A stretch of 63,442 nt of DNA, the filler included, from Octopus bimaculoides (taxonomy: Eukaryota), in the NCBI RefSeq assembly GCF_001194135.2. It is 5 parts of 5 records of this genome, joined end to end, with 100 filler letters (N's around TTAATTAATTAA, not from the genome) between each part and the next. Parts side by side here need not be neighbours in the genome. Positions count along the whole stretch, not along the records: positions 30,484 to 49,296 come from NC_068986.1; positions 49,397 to 63,442 come from NC_068996.1; 3 more parts are not named here. The stretch is one strand, 5' to 3'. The notes beneath the pieces were generated by a model that did not search any database, had not been told where the DNA came from, and saw only the letters and a list, made by a program, of their open reading frames with translations. This document shows positions 36,528-50,298 of this stretch, piece after piece. The first letter of the stretch is position 1; the number at the start of each line of letters is the position of its first letter. Made by a program: the position numbers and the translations under genes.

Positions 36528-36788
36528 TAGTTCCTGCATACCACATTCCATAGTAGAATTAGACATTGAACAAGTTTGTATACTCTAAAGGATGCAAACT
36601 CATCTTCGCCACATAGCATCAGTTACATTTGCAGTAATGTTTTCTAACACATTTCGAACGACTCTATTTGGTTGCTAAAGAAAAATTCAACACTTTCGTA
36701 TACATAAATAGGCCATACATATTAACATAAATACTAACCAGCATACATAAATGCATACAACATGCACAAAGAATAAATATTGTTTATG

Positions 36789-36819
<31 letters not shown>

Positions 36820-38685
36820 ATGTGAGTGCGTGTGTGAGTGTGTGCGTGTGTATGTGTGTATGTGTGTGTGTGTATGTGAGTGTGTGTGTGAGTGTGTGTG
36901 TGTATGTGTGTGTGTGTGTGGGTGTGTGTGTGTGTGTGTGTGTGTGCGTGTGTACAAACATTAAATAATTGTAAGCATATTTTCATATACACAAATACGT
37001 AGAAATTAATTACATACACTCAGACATACGAAACACGGCATATACACTTTCATATTCACAGTTGCTGGAAGTCTCTTTCCTTAAATGTGCCTTATCAGGT
37101 TGATAGTGACCGTCTCAAATTATAATGAATTGAAATATATCGCAAGAAAAATAAAATGCTTCTTCAGTTTTTTTTTTCTTGCATTTCTTCGGAATTAGAA
37201 TTACGATCAGAATGATTAAAAGAAAATACATTCTTTACAAATTTATTTAAGAATTATCTAAAATCTTCCACAATCTCCAGACATCGTTCTACATTAAGCA
37301 ATTTGCATTTCTTTTTTTCATTTTTCCAAATGTCTCCAATGGCTGTTTTCAAAAATGAGTGCTGATACCGTGATAAAGGGAAATGCTTTTCTAGTTACTT
37401 AAAGCAATGATAAAATATGTTAGATTCTTCTGTAAAACTATGGAAACAGTTGCACAGTTAGCTCACTATTATTCTGTATCCAGATGACAAACCTACTTTT
37501 GTATCCACATTATTGATCGTTTCACCATTGTGTAAAATATAATAGATAATATATGGCATGGATGTGGAACTCAGCGCCTAGTCCTCTGGGTGCCTCATAC
37601 AGTGTATTGTTAGGTACAGTATTTGATACAGAGGGGATGTAAAAAAATAAAGTAACAACGAAGATGGGGAAAATACTGTAACATCCAACGCAAAATATAT
37701 TTTCCCTCACTATACTGTACAGTTTATCGTGAGATATCCTATGAACAACACAATTATGAAGCCTTTCTTCTTACGACTGTAAATGCACTACGCTTGAAAT
37801 AGCAACGCACATGTATATAGGATTACTTTCGGAGTATACCGAAGTTAATCAACAACAATAATATTAGGCAATGCACACAATACAGGCATAAAGGGAAAAT
37901 ATTCTCTTGTAATGTTTTCATTTCATCAATTTAGACTAAGTTCTCATCTCCAGATGAACAATGCATTGTAAGAGGAATCGTCGAAGGAAAGTGTGCAAAA
38001 GCACGTCGTCACATATATATGTGTATATATATATATATATATATNNNNNNNNNNNNNNNNNNNNNNNNNNNNNNNNNNNNNNNNNNNNNNNNNNNNNNNN
38101 NNNNNNNNNNNNNNNNNNNNNNNNNNNNNNNNNNNNNNNNNNNNNNNNNNNNNNNNNNNNNNNNNNNNNNNNNNNNNNNNNNNNNNNNNNNNNNNNNNNN
38201 NNNNNNNNNNNNNNNNNNNNNNNNNNNNNNNNNNNNNNNNNNNNNNNNNNNNNNNNNNNNNNNNNNNNNNNNNNNNNNNNNNNNNNNNNNNNNNNNNNNN
38301 NNNNNNNNNNNNNNNNNNNNNNNNNNNNNNNNNNNNNNNNNNNNNNNNNNNNNNNNNNNNNNNNNNNNNNNNNNNNNNNNNNNNNNNNNNNNNNNNNNNN
38401 NNNNNNNNNNNNNNNNNNNNNNNNNNNNNNNNNNNNNNNNNNNNNNNNNNNNNNNNNNNNNNNNNNNNNNNNNNNNNNNNNNNNNNNNNNNNNNNNNNNN
38501 NNNNNNNNNNNNNNNNNNNNNNNNNNNNNNNNNNNNNNNNNNNNNNNNNNNNNNNNNNNNNNNNNNNNNNNNNNNNNNNNNNNNNNNNNNNNNNNNNNNN
38601 NNNNNNNNNNNNNNNNNNNNNNNNNNNNNNNNNNNNNNNNNNNNNNNNNNNNNNNNNNNNNNNNNNNNNNNNNNNNNNNNNNNNN

Positions 38686-38745
<60 letters not shown>

Positions 38746-39769
38746 ATGAATATATTTATATATATGTGTGTGTGTGTGTGTGAGTGTGTGTGATGAATAA
38801 GTGAGCGCTTAGGTCTTATAAATGTGGACATCTAATTAATGCAATAAAGAAGCATTTTAATGAGAGGCAAATTAAACGCCTGCTTCACAGAATGTATGAT
38901 ACGTCAGAACCCTTTATTCTACAAAATCATTACTGCTCTTGTGAAACACTGCTGCACAAAGGATCCTGCTAATACCTTAATATTTTAGTGCCAGCCTTAA
39001 GAAATCAACGTAATAAATACAAGAAAAAAATACGGTTGAATATAATCCCTTTTGAAGCAATTGTCATTCACACAATATGTATTGCTCAGATGGTTTCGTG
39101 ACCGCAGGATATTGAATGCCTTTCTTTATTCAATGCATATTCCGCAATAATATTTTCACGTAAACATGCATGTCAATCAATCATTTTGCAGTTCCTGCGA
39201 TGCATGGTGCTTGTAAGACATAAAACATAATATACAATGGCTACGAGAGAATGGAAAATCAAAATAAACACTATAGGAAAGTTCCTTATATAATGGAAAA
39301 TAACCTAGTAAAAAGAAAGAGAATTAATTTTAAATAAACAATAAATATAGATGCTAGAGAATGAATGGATCGATGGTTAATTTTGCTAGGAATTTTCCCC
39401 ACATATTTGGATATTTTGAGAAGTATTCTTATTAGTTTCCCTGCTCCTTTGGGATATTAAAAATGGACTGAAATCTCAAAAACATCCCACTAAAAATAAT
39501 GTATCCGAAAAAGGTATCCGCTGCATGATCTAACTTGGTTGCTTTCATGTTCTCATGCCACTTTGTTATAAAGTGTTGGGAAATCATCAAGAAGTGAAAA
39601 GCTAGTGAATGAAGAAACAGAGAGATATAAGATAAAAAAAAGGACTATATTTGACAAGAAGGTTTATGTAAGTTTTTTCATAGGGCCGTTGCAAAAGACT
39701 AAACGAGAACGGCTAATATTCATTCGATATATGACGACCATTCTGATATAACAAAAAGATAAGGAAGAA

Positions 39770-40100
39770 GAAAGAGAAGTAGGAAAATGAGAAGAAGAAG
39801 AAGAAGAAGAAGAAGAAGAAGAAGAAGAAGAAGAAGAAGAAGAAGAAGAAGAAGAAGAAGAAGAAGAAGGAGGAGGAGGAGGAGGAGGAGGAGGAGAAGT
39901 AGAAGAAGTAGAAGTAGACGAAGAAGTAGAAGAGGGAGAAGAAGAAGTAGAAGAAGAAGTAGAAGAAGAAGAAGAAGAAGAAGAAGAAGAAGAAGAAGAA
40001 GAAGAAGAAGAAGGAGAAGAAGAAGAAGAAGAAGAAGAAGTACAACAACAACAACAACAACAGCAGCAGCAACAATAATAATAATAACAACAACAAAATA
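39770..40100. repeat. Long (GAA)n/(GGA)n/(GTA) polypurine tract followed by (CAA)/(CAG)/(TAA)
   Basis: Read directly; produces the poly-L, poly-R and poly-F ORFs in the track. Confidence 0.95.
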
Positions 40101-40519
40101 GTAAGAATATTTCAATGCGAGAGTCTAGTCAAACACGTACATTTGAATGTTTGTCACCGTGTGTTTAAATATATTTAAATATATTGAATTATTGTGACAG
40201 CATTAACAAACTTAGATTTCTTTCCGTTATGGGGTATTCCTTTTCCCTCGCTTTTCTTAATCATCTCGGCGGGTTTTTGATTAGTATTTTTTTTTGTTTG
40301 TTCTACAGTTACGTTTACACCTTTTTTTATGGAACATATAAAAATCTAATTAATAAATCGGAAAAATTATCAGAAAAGCCATTTCTATTCATTTCTGCAT
40401 ATGTGTGTGTATGTGTCTGTGTGATTGCTTATGTGTGTATGTAGATACATGTGTTTGAGTGTCTGTGTGTGCATACACACACACACACGCCTATCTGTGT
40501 TTATAGATAGATAGATAGA

Positions 40520-40795
40520 TAGATAGATATGATGGACCCTTTTGTCGTTAGACGACTTATGAGGGTGCGGTAATTTCTTACAGATGATTTTTTTATATTG
40601 ATCAAATGCTTGTGTACACATAAACTCACTCTCTCCATCAAATAGCCATTACCTGTACAGGTGCAACGGGTGCCACATGTCAGATGACGAAATGATTGCA
40701 GTGCTTTGCTCAATAACACAACGCAAAGCGGTTTGGGAATCGAACCCCCGAAATTGTAATCGTGAGTTTAACACCCTAACCACTGAGTCATGAGC
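40520..40795 (-). mobile_element. tRNA-headed SINE
   Basis: Minus strand A box tcagtggttagg and B box ggttcgattcc, then gttgtgttattgagcaaagcact. Confidence 0.75.
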
Positions 40796-40859
40796 TTTTT
40801 GCACACACACACTCAAACACACACACAAACACACACACTCACAAACATGCACACACATA

Positions 40860-40893
<34 letters not shown>

Positions 40894-40942
40894 GACATAT
40901 ACACACACATATATTAGTATATATCCTCACATATATATCTAC

Positions 40943-40985
40943 ATACGGGGTCTGATCAATAAGTATTCGGACGCTTGCCATACTA
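40943..40985. mobile_element. Solitary mariner-type TIR
   Basis: tacggggtctgatcaataagtattcggac, similar in style to the TA-CGAGGG..AAAAGT TIRs at 3351 and 57854. Confidence 0.45.
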
Positions 40986-42079
40986 ACTTTACGATTCATG
41001 CAAGTCACCCAATCATGAAACGTAAAGAAACTAATGGTACAACTCCTGTATCTATTATTTACCCAACATATTTCTTTACCATTTTTGATGTCTCTTTATC
41101 TTATGAGACTGAAACTCACAGACAGTGATATACAGAGAAGACTGTATATTGGACATAAGAGATTTCGGTTGGCAAGATAGATTGCGAATATACCCTAGCG
41201 TTCGTGATCTTTCTAGGATCCAGACGGCGTAATTCATACATATTTGTGGCTATATAGCAAGTTGAATTGCGTTCATTCTGATTCTATGCATTCATATATG
41301 TATTTCTCTACGTCATAAACTCACAGTATTCATGCAGCTTGTAGCAGGACAGACACGCATTCACTGTTATTCATAAGAATTTAGAAAGACATATTATGCA
41401 TAAAAGAAAAAACAGACTAACGTGTGATCAATGTCATGTAATACTTTCGAGTAAGTGTATCTCTTATTCTCACAGTCACTCCGTTCAATTTACGTGTAGA
41501 CGATTCTTTATTTTCGCTTGGAGCTGAGATGGCTTCTGTAAGTTACATATGAAAATTGCTTAGCGTTTTGTTTAGTATACTCAGCGTTGTCTTTTGTTTG
41601 TGTACGCATGTTTGTGTACGTACGCATATGTGAGGGCGTTTCTTAGCACACACATACATATGTATATATATTTATATACATATGAGTAACTATATGTACA
41701 CACACACACAGGCACCTATTTCTACCTAGATTTACACCAACACGCACATACATATATAACATACATACAAAGAGACAGACATAAATCCAGGAATACATAT
41801 ATACACACATACAGACATCACTGCAGATACGCTTCGAAATAATTCAATTAACAGAACGTTCATTAACAGTTATACATTTATATACGAGACAATGTGTCAC
41901 TTAAATTTCGGTAATTAAGAGAAAGTTACATTGATTATTTTGCCGTTATTATCCGACAAAACATGAATACAATACATATGCGCGCACACACATAAACACA
42001 TACATGCGCATACAAATATATATACATACATATACATATGCACACATATATACATATGTATATATTACATATATATATG

Positions 42080-42177
<98 letters not shown>

Positions 42178-43041
42178 AACACATACACACACGGGTATTA
42201 ATATACCCGCAAACTTCAATGCGGCACTATCTTGTTATAGTAGAAACATGTCTATCACTGAATGTGTATCTGAATATATGCCTGTATAAATCTGTTTAAC
42301 GAGTTGTATTTGTTTAGCTTTCCTTCTGAAGATATGTACGTTTTATAATACATATACGTAAATAGACCTGGTAGTGTCAATGCGTATTTGTTATTGAATT
42401 GCTTATATATTAGGAGATGTGCACAGTTTTATGTCCCTTTAACGCTTAACTCTCAGTCATTAAATTGATTTAATATATTTAATATATTTAATGAAACAAA
42501 GCAACGCAATAACTATCTCCAAGCAATATATAATCTAACACTGAGCTGGTATATTAAAAATATTAGAAAATCAATGATATTCCAATTCTTCCCTTATTTC
42601 GTTGTTTATTTTATCGTGGTTATCTTCGCTATCTAATGAGTATGCTGTGAGTTATACACACTCAAGCAGACACGCTAGCACGTGTATATACACACACAGA
42701 ACACTGATAATATATGAGTTTAGAAATAAATATACGGAAACTAAATACGATACGTTTAATAAATATATACGTACTCTAGTTCTCAAAGACAGCATAGTTA
42801 ACCTACAGAAGAAAGAGTACCTCGTAATGGTGAGCAAATTAACATTTTTGTTTTTTTCTTTCAGTCATGTTTTATGAAGGATACAGTTTTATTGCTTTGC
42901 AAGGGATGAAGACACATAAAATCAAAAAATAACTTCTCATTTAAGAGATTTTTTTTTATGAATTGCAGTTATATATCTGTAAAAACGTTGCTCTATAACA
43001 ATATACATACACATACACACACAAACACACACACACATATT

Positions 43042-43422
43042 CTTTCAGACATTTCACTGTAGCCTTGATGGGGCATCTTCTTGGAGGTCATCAGTCAAAC
43101 AAATCGTCTCTAGGATTTATTGTTTAAAGCTTAGTACTTATTTTATCGGTTACTTTTACCGAACCGCTACGTTACGGGGAATAAACATTACACTAGCGTT
43201 TGTCAAGAGGTGGTAGAGGACAAACACATACACTGACACACACAGATATATATACCTATATACGGCGGGCTTCTTTCGGTATCCGCCTACAAAATCCATT
43301 CAAATAGCTTTCGTCCCGCCCGAGTCTATACTAGACGACACTCATCCACAGTTCCCAGCAGTAAACTGGAGACCATTTGGTTGAGAAATAAGCTTCTTAC
43401 CACACAACCACGCCTACGCCTA
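43042..43422 (-). mobile_element. Full-length SINE family B
   Basis: Head taggcgtaggcgtggttgtgtggtaagaagc, body, internal (CA)/(AT) stretch and tail. Confidence 0.88.
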
Positions 43423-43889
43423 TATANNNNNNNNNNNNNNNNNNNNNNNNNNNNNNNNNNNNNNNNNNNNNNNNNNNNNNNNNNNNNNNNNNNNNNNNNN
43501 NNNNNNNNNNNNNNNNNNNNNNNNNNNNNNNNNNNNNNNNNNNNNNNNNNNNNNNNNNNNNNNNNNNNNNNNNNNNNNNNNNNNNNNNNNNNNNNNNNNN
43601 NNNNNNNNNNNNNNNNNNNNNNNNNNNNNNNNNNNNNNNNNNNNNNNNNNNNNNNNNNNNNNNNNNNNNNNNNNNNNNNNNNNNNNNNNNNNNNNNNNNN
43701 NNNNNNNNNNNNNNNNNNNNNNNNNNNNNNNNNNNNNNNNNNNNNNNNNNNNNNNNNNNNNNNNNNNNNNNNNNNNNNNNNNNNNNNNNNNNNNNNNNNN
43801 NNNNNNNNNNNNNNNNNNNNNNNNNNNNNNNNNNNNNNNNNNNNNNNNNNNNNNNNNNNNNNNNNNNNNNNNNNNNNNNNNNNNNNNNN

Positions 43890-43965
<76 letters not shown>

Positions 43966-44029
43966 CATTCATTGTTTTGTTCTTTTATCCGTTTCAGCCA
44001 TTTGACTGCGTCCAAGCTGGACCAAAGCA

Positions 44030-44235
44030 AACAAACCAGATATTGTTGAGAAAGACCAAAACATGAGCATACCCTGCGACTAAGTTATTTCGGTAAAAGA
44101 AATTAATAAGCTCAGAAAATATAAAGATTTGTTAATTGAAATCGAAAATATGTGGTATCTCAAGACAGTTACAATACCAATGATTGTAGGGGCACTTGGA
44201 ATGATCAAAAACGAAACTGAAAAGTATTGAAGCAG
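44030..44235 (+). mobile_element. R4/Dong LINE restriction-like endonuclease fragment
   Basis: NKPDIVEKD..KEINKLRKYKDLLIEIENMWYLKTVTIPMIVGALGMI (PD..K motif region). Confidence 0.85.
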
Positions 44236-44864
44236 AGCAATACCAAAATAGTTTTGCATTGCAATTCTATATTCGTTTTAACAGCACGCTCTTTATTTTC
44301 ATTATAGCCCGAAAATAACTCTAGCATTTCATGCACTCGCACGCACACATACACGACGTAATATGCGCAAATTTGCGTGCACGCAGGGAAGCAGACACGC
44401 ATATATAAAATCTGTATGTTTGTACATGCACATGTGCGTGTATGTGAGTCTCTGTGCGTATGACGGTTCGGATATCTCAATAGAGAAACAAATGTGGAGA
44501 CATGTAGAGAGAGATATCTGTTTGAACGGAAGTAAAGATAGCTGTTCTGTGTCGGTTAAAAACGGAATATCGTCCTGGAAGTAACAAGCAATGATACCGG
44601 ATGTATTTGGGCTTTTTCAGACTCGTCATTGAGGTGTAATCGCAGTTACAACATCTGAATGAAAAATGCTTCCTCTGATATACGAATCTGTGAATACACA
44701 AATTTTAATTAAATGCTATTTAAATTATGTACAGAGGATTTTTCTTCAGGCTGGTAGTAAATCGCAATATTGATAACGTCATATTCAGTGTTTCCGATAC
44801 AAGTTGCGAGACTTTAATAAGACCCAAGGAAAACTGAAATGTATGATACATAGGTGATATTTTC

Positions 44865-44987
44865 AATAATAATAATAATAAGCATTGACCAACTAACAAG
44901 TGTCACCTTGCTGAAACTTTCCATCATACACAGCAAAATAAGCTTTGAGTTTTCCTCACATAATAATAATAATTATTATTATTATTA

Positions 44988-45037
<50 letters not shown>

Positions 45038-45049
45038 GTACTATTATTA

Positions 45050-45126
<77 letters not shown>

Positions 45127-45149
45127 ACAATAATAATAATAATAATAAT
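44865..45149. repeat. (AAT)n/(ATT)n block with strand switches and a 75-bp unique insert
   Basis: (AAT)5, unique 44882-44958, (AAT)n, long (ATT)n, then (AAT)n. Confidence 0.9.
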
Positions 45150-45164
45150 AGAGACACACTCATG

Positions 45165-45376
45165 GATAATGCCCGTGACATGATCTTACACTCATAGATA
45201 AGTGAATGTTTGAATAGATTCAGTATAGCAGACAACATAAGAGAATTATTTTGCTTTAGTACGAAGAAATGGAAAGTAGATCTCTACTCAGGTGACGCAG
45301 TCTTATGAGAACTTGATATCAAGAGAGGAACATTTGGAGGTGACTCGTTATTCCCTTTAAAATTTGTCTTGTGTAC
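45165..45376 (+). mobile_element. R4/Dong RT fragment
   Basis: DMILHS*ISECLNRFSIADNIREL..KWKVDLYSGD..IKRGTFGGDSLFPLKFVLC. Confidence 0.8.
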
Positions 45377-46740
45377 ATGAATACTGTACATGGAGTTAAC
45401 ATGACCAATGGTTTCATTTTGATGTTTACATACACGACATCTTGGGCTACTGTCTTTGTTTAATATCTTGGCCTGGTAGCTCCTTGTAGGTAGGCGTTGA
45501 TCTTGGGCTGCTATGATAAAATCTTCTGTTCCTGATTTTAAGCCAGAAAACAATAGCCATTCATGGGTAAGGGCTTTGTCAACATTGGCACTACTAGCTC
45601 TCTTTCAGTATTTGCTATCGAGAGGTTTTTCTTCCCATTTGTTAGTAAGAATATCTAAGGCAGCAGTTTTAGCACGGGTTTTCATACGCTTAGCTTTTTC
45701 TGTGCTTGTATCCAGCACGTCTAATTCTGGGAATTGTTGTATTTGGAATTCCCATAGATACTTCCTTGCCTCTATTGTTGCTGAGCATAATATTTTCTTA
45801 TTTTCGTGCTTTAAGACAAGTTCTAACATCCATTCATCAGAGTTTTTCAGATAGGTGTTTAGGCCAACTGTGGCAAAATTCATTTTAATTCCAATTGTAA
45901 AGGTCCACAGCCACCCTCTTTACTTGGCCAGTAGAATCGTTTTATATATGCCTTAGGGTGGTCCATTCTATACACCGTCAACGATTGTCGTATTTTTCTG
46001 TCAAAATTACATATTCCAGTAATTGACCAGTTAATGACATGGAAACAGTAAGTCACGGCTAAAGTATTGATCGCTTCTATCCTGTTTCTTGCATTCAGCT
46101 TTGTTTTTGGGTATTGCTCTTACCCTGCGGTAACATTCTCTTCTGATCCGTTCCTTCATCATTGAATGTTTGATTACATCACCTTCAAATACCCCTAGCT
46201 ATGTGTAGCTTTCCGCTGGTTCTAACACCTTTCTGACATTCTGTTGGTCAAGCTTAACGTTGGATGTTTCTATCATTTTTCCTTTGATAAAGGTAGCTTT
46301 TGCACCTTTATAGCAGCCAGATAGTAACCTGACGTCCTCACTGAATTTTTTTTACAATTGCTAGTACGCCCTGTAATGATTGGTCAGTTTTTACAAAGAG
46401 CTTTAAATCATCCAAGTACTTTTACTTGATTTATATTTTCATCAAACATTTTATACCCATATTGTACATCATTGAGCAATTTCGTGAGGGGTATTAACAC
46501 GAGACATAAGAGGAGTGGTGATAGAGAGTAGCCTTGGAAAATGCCACAGGAAATTCTTACAGATTCATTGTCAAAGTTCAAAGTCAGTGTGGTTCTCCTT
46601 GATCTCATAGAGACAAACTGTTTCGCAGAGTAGGCGCTATTTTATATATTTCCAGACATTTCTTAATCCAGTTATGTGGTAGACTATCAACCGCTTTTTT
46701 TATAGTCTATCTCGGCTATTTTTTTTATCTACTACTAACA
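45377..46740 (-). mobile_element. R4/Dong LINE RT through zinc knuckle, decayed
   Basis: IDYKKAVDSLPHNWI, GIFQGYSLSPLL, YLDDLKLF, YTYLGV, EGGCG, LKSGTEDFIIAAQDQRLPTRSY, CRVCKHQNETIGHV. Confidence 0.93.
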
Positions 46741-47985
46741 AATCGGGCCTTCTTGTTTTATTACTCTCTGAGTCTGAATGTTAAAGTCCCACAATATATT
46801 GTATTCAATTTCAATTCTAATGAGTATCCACCTTCAATCTCACACATGGTGATGATGATTGCCAATAATATTTGCCAGCTTTTGACTCTTTTAATATCAA
46901 GATTAGGTTCTGAGCTTATTCTGGTTTTTTGGTATGTGACCGATATTTCGTATTTATGGACTCTGATAGGAATGAATGGGAACTGATGAAATGGACGAAA
47001 TGGCTAAATGATATGCTTGGGAATAGTTGTTGGGTTGCGGTTAATTTCACTCTTTTTATCAAGAGATAGGAATCTTTACTCACATTCGGGAAAATATTAA
47101 CAAGCATGCTTGCTATTTTTATAGATATTGCATATATATAAATAGACATTGACGCAATTATTCATACATGTGCATAGGTATGTCTGTATATAATATGTAT
47201 ATATATATATGTATGCATGTATATAGGTATGTATGTATGTATATACGTACATATATATATATATATAAATATATATATANNNNNNNNNNNNNNNATATAT
47301 ATATCGAAGCAAGCCACAGCTGCTCTATCGGAAAATTCATATTTTAAAAGCTTTAGATTAATTGCGAAACGCTACCGTCAAACATAATGCAAGTGAGGTT
47401 TTATCTTGATATTAAATTTGTAGTTATGATAATTCTAAACATAGCAATATGTAAAATTATATCTACAAACATAGATAAATGGAAAGAGAGCGGTATATAC
47501 TTGCTTTGAATTAAACGAACATAATTCAAAATATAACGCCACAGCAATGGGAATATGTTCAACAAATGAATATACACTGTTATGCATATGCATATATATA
47601 AGTGTATAATCAAAATATGAAGACAAAGAGAGAGCTTAGCTCATGGTTAATGACAAGCTACAAATGCTACGATAGCAGTCTCTTACAAAATCATTGCAAA
47701 CAAAAGTTCCATGTTAAAGGCTACGTAATATTTGCAGCATGATACATGGCAAGACCACTCCATCAGACTTGCATGAAAATGCCTGTTCTCAAAGAGTCCG
47801 TCTCCCAAGCGTCATATGGGGCTTATATTGAGAGGAAACAAGTACAAATTCAGAATGAAAATGTAATAGCAGACAAGAACTAGATGATACTTATATCAAA
47901 TCAGACGGAAATGAGGAAAAGAAGTGAAACAGAAGAAGACCATTTATGTGTGAGTGTGTGTGCATATGTGTGTGTATTATTGTGG

Positions 47986-48050
<65 letters not shown>

Positions 48051-48645
48051 GCAATTGCACAACTTCTAACGCTGGAGATGTACTACTGTGTCAGCTGTTC
48101 ACTACCAGTGAACAAAGGTATTACCTCTTATTTTACGAGCACCTTCCGGAGCATTCGAGCGGTTCCAAGCAGTGCTGTTTTCGGCAAGTTCTCCACCATT
48201 GTTGCAACCCCTATTTGTTCCACGTAATTCTCGAGATTTTGCTCACTGTTCCCAGGACTCCGACAATTATTGGTACTACTACTACGTTTTTCATCGACCA
48301 CAACTGCTTAGCTTCCCATGCTAACCTGTCATAGCTCTCGACTTTTCTTTTCTTCCTCATCGCATACCTTGTTGCCAGCCGGACATGCTATAACTGTAAC
48401 CCAGCATAGTTTATTTTCTTTCTCAAATAAGACTATGTCTGGCTTCCTATTCTCCATCTCATGGTCGAGCTGAATAATCAAATTCCATAGGATCATTCCA
48501 TTTCTATTTTCGACGATGCCTTCAGGTTTGTTGTCGTACCAATTTGTTGCTCTATCAAGTTCATACTTGTTTCAAAGTGTCCAATGGATATGCCTGGCTT
48601 TATTGTCGAGGCGTCTCTTATATTCCATCCGGGCTAGTGGCATTT
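48051..48645 (-). mobile_element. R4/Dong LINE 3' end abutting (AAT)n
   Basis: EYKRR.D, WYDNKPEGIVEN, ILWN, RKPDIVL, VVPIIVGVLG, ALLGTARMLRKVL, stop at 48128-48130. A 77-nt 3' UTR runs straight into the repeat at 47989-48050. Confidence 0.92.
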
Positions 48646-48649
48646 GACG

Positions 48650-48800
48650 TCCGCGTAACTTAGCGGTTCGGCACATGGAGTGACCGATAGAATAAGTACA
48701 TGGCTTGCAAAGATTAAGTCCAAGAGTCCAGTTCTCCGACTAAAAGGTGGTGCTTCAGCATGGCCGCTGTCAAAATGACTCAACCAAGAAAGTGAATAAA
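48650..48800 (+). mobile_element. SINE family B, 3' half
   Basis: gtaacttagcggttcggc..gatagaataagtac..ggtgcttcagcatggccgc..aataaaagaat. Confidence 0.8.
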
Positions 48801-48836
48801 AGAATATATATATATATATATATATATATGCATGTA

Positions 48837-48868
<32 letters not shown>

Positions 48869-48934
48869 CGTATGTATTAAACATACATGTGTGTGTGAGT
48901 GTGTGTTTGTGTGTATGTTTGTGTGTCTGTGTAT

Positions 48935-49235
48935 CTATGATACGTGGTTCCGGTATTTGGCTCGCGATCGTAAGCTCCTGAGTTCCAATCCCGGCGATGA
49001 TGTGAGACTTGATCAAGACATTTTATTTCCTGCTGTTCCACTCCACTCAGATGGCAAAATGAATTGTAGCTATTATTCAAATGATCAGTCTAGTCACACG
49101 CCGTGTGACGTTGAGTCTCCCTGAGAACTATGTTAAGGATACGCGTTTGTGTCTAGTACTCAGCTACCTGTACGTCAGTTTCATGCGCAAGCTGTTCCGT
49201 TGATCAAATAGACTACTCGTCCTAGTAACAGATCA
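48935..49235 (+). mobile_element. tRNA-headed SINE with a CORE-like centre
   Basis: B-box-like gagttccaatcccgg; ttgatcaagacattttatttc..ccactcagatggcaaaatga. Confidence 0.65.
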
Positions 49236-50267
49236 TGAGCAAGCTGTAAATATTATATATATATATATCTATATATATATATATATATATATATATNNNN
49301 NNNNNNNNNNNNNNNNNNNNNNNNNNNNNNNNNNNNNNNNTTAATTAATTAANNNNNNNNNNNNNNNNNNNNNNNNNNNNNNNNNNNNNNNNNNNNAAGC
49401 AAGCTCTCCCATTTGAGTGTGGTTGAACCAAGTTGTCTCTATAACGACACCAGCTCGAAGAACCGTACATCTACATTTCAGGCTACTCTAAAACCGGACA
49501 ATTGGAAGCTGTTTTATTTTCCACCGTACAATAAATATTTGTTGTTGTTGATCAGTTTGGAGTTTCTGCGTTCAGTTTTCTTCCAATTTAATATAGGAAA
49601 GTTAGGTGTATATCTAAAGATATATAACCCACTCTCCTAAACTTGTATTTGTTTTTCTTACCCTTCCTTTTCATCCATCTTCAAATAATATTTCACGGCT
49701 GACCTAATAATTGCACGAATGGCTTTATCTATACAGTAATTTCCTGTGGCTTTCTCAATTAAATGTATATTGATTAATTCGATAAATCAGACTATCTCTT
49801 AGATCTAAAATAGATCGTTTAGAGGAATCTACAAAGGACAAAAATTCTGCTTCTTTTCCGCTTCCTTTCTTTTTGTCACTTTTCAAATATTTCACACCTG
49901 AGCTAGTCATAACGCCGAAGTGACCTCCTCTACACGAAAATCACCACGCCTCTCCCAAATATATGCACATACAAGCAATTCTATAATTCAGGCAATTTCT
50001 TTGCTCCATCGAGATGGTCTAAATTTCAAAAAACTATAATGGACAAAAATTCCTCTCTTTTTAACTTCCTTTTTAACAAATCCAACCATAAACCGTTTCC
50101 GCAGACATGCATACACACAAACACAAATACATATCAAGTCGCTCAAGCGAGCATGTAAACGCAAATAAAACGATCCATGAAAACACACGTCATAAATCAA
50201 ATAGATACTCAAGGAAACACATACACACACAATGCTCACACAAAACAACACAGACGCGTGTACACGC

Positions 50268-50298
<31 letters not shown>

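Noticed and set aside
39713-40115. Poly-Leu, poly-Arg and poly-Phe ORFs resembling membrane or protamine-like proteins
   Set aside because: They are translations of the (GAA)n tract.
40740-40795. tRNA gene
   Set aside because: A and B boxes are present but there is no complete cloverleaf, and the sequence continues into a SINE body.
46983-47000. Hammerhead-like CTGATGA..GAAA
   Set aside because: No stem II closing pair, and no stem III or cleavage triplet nearby.
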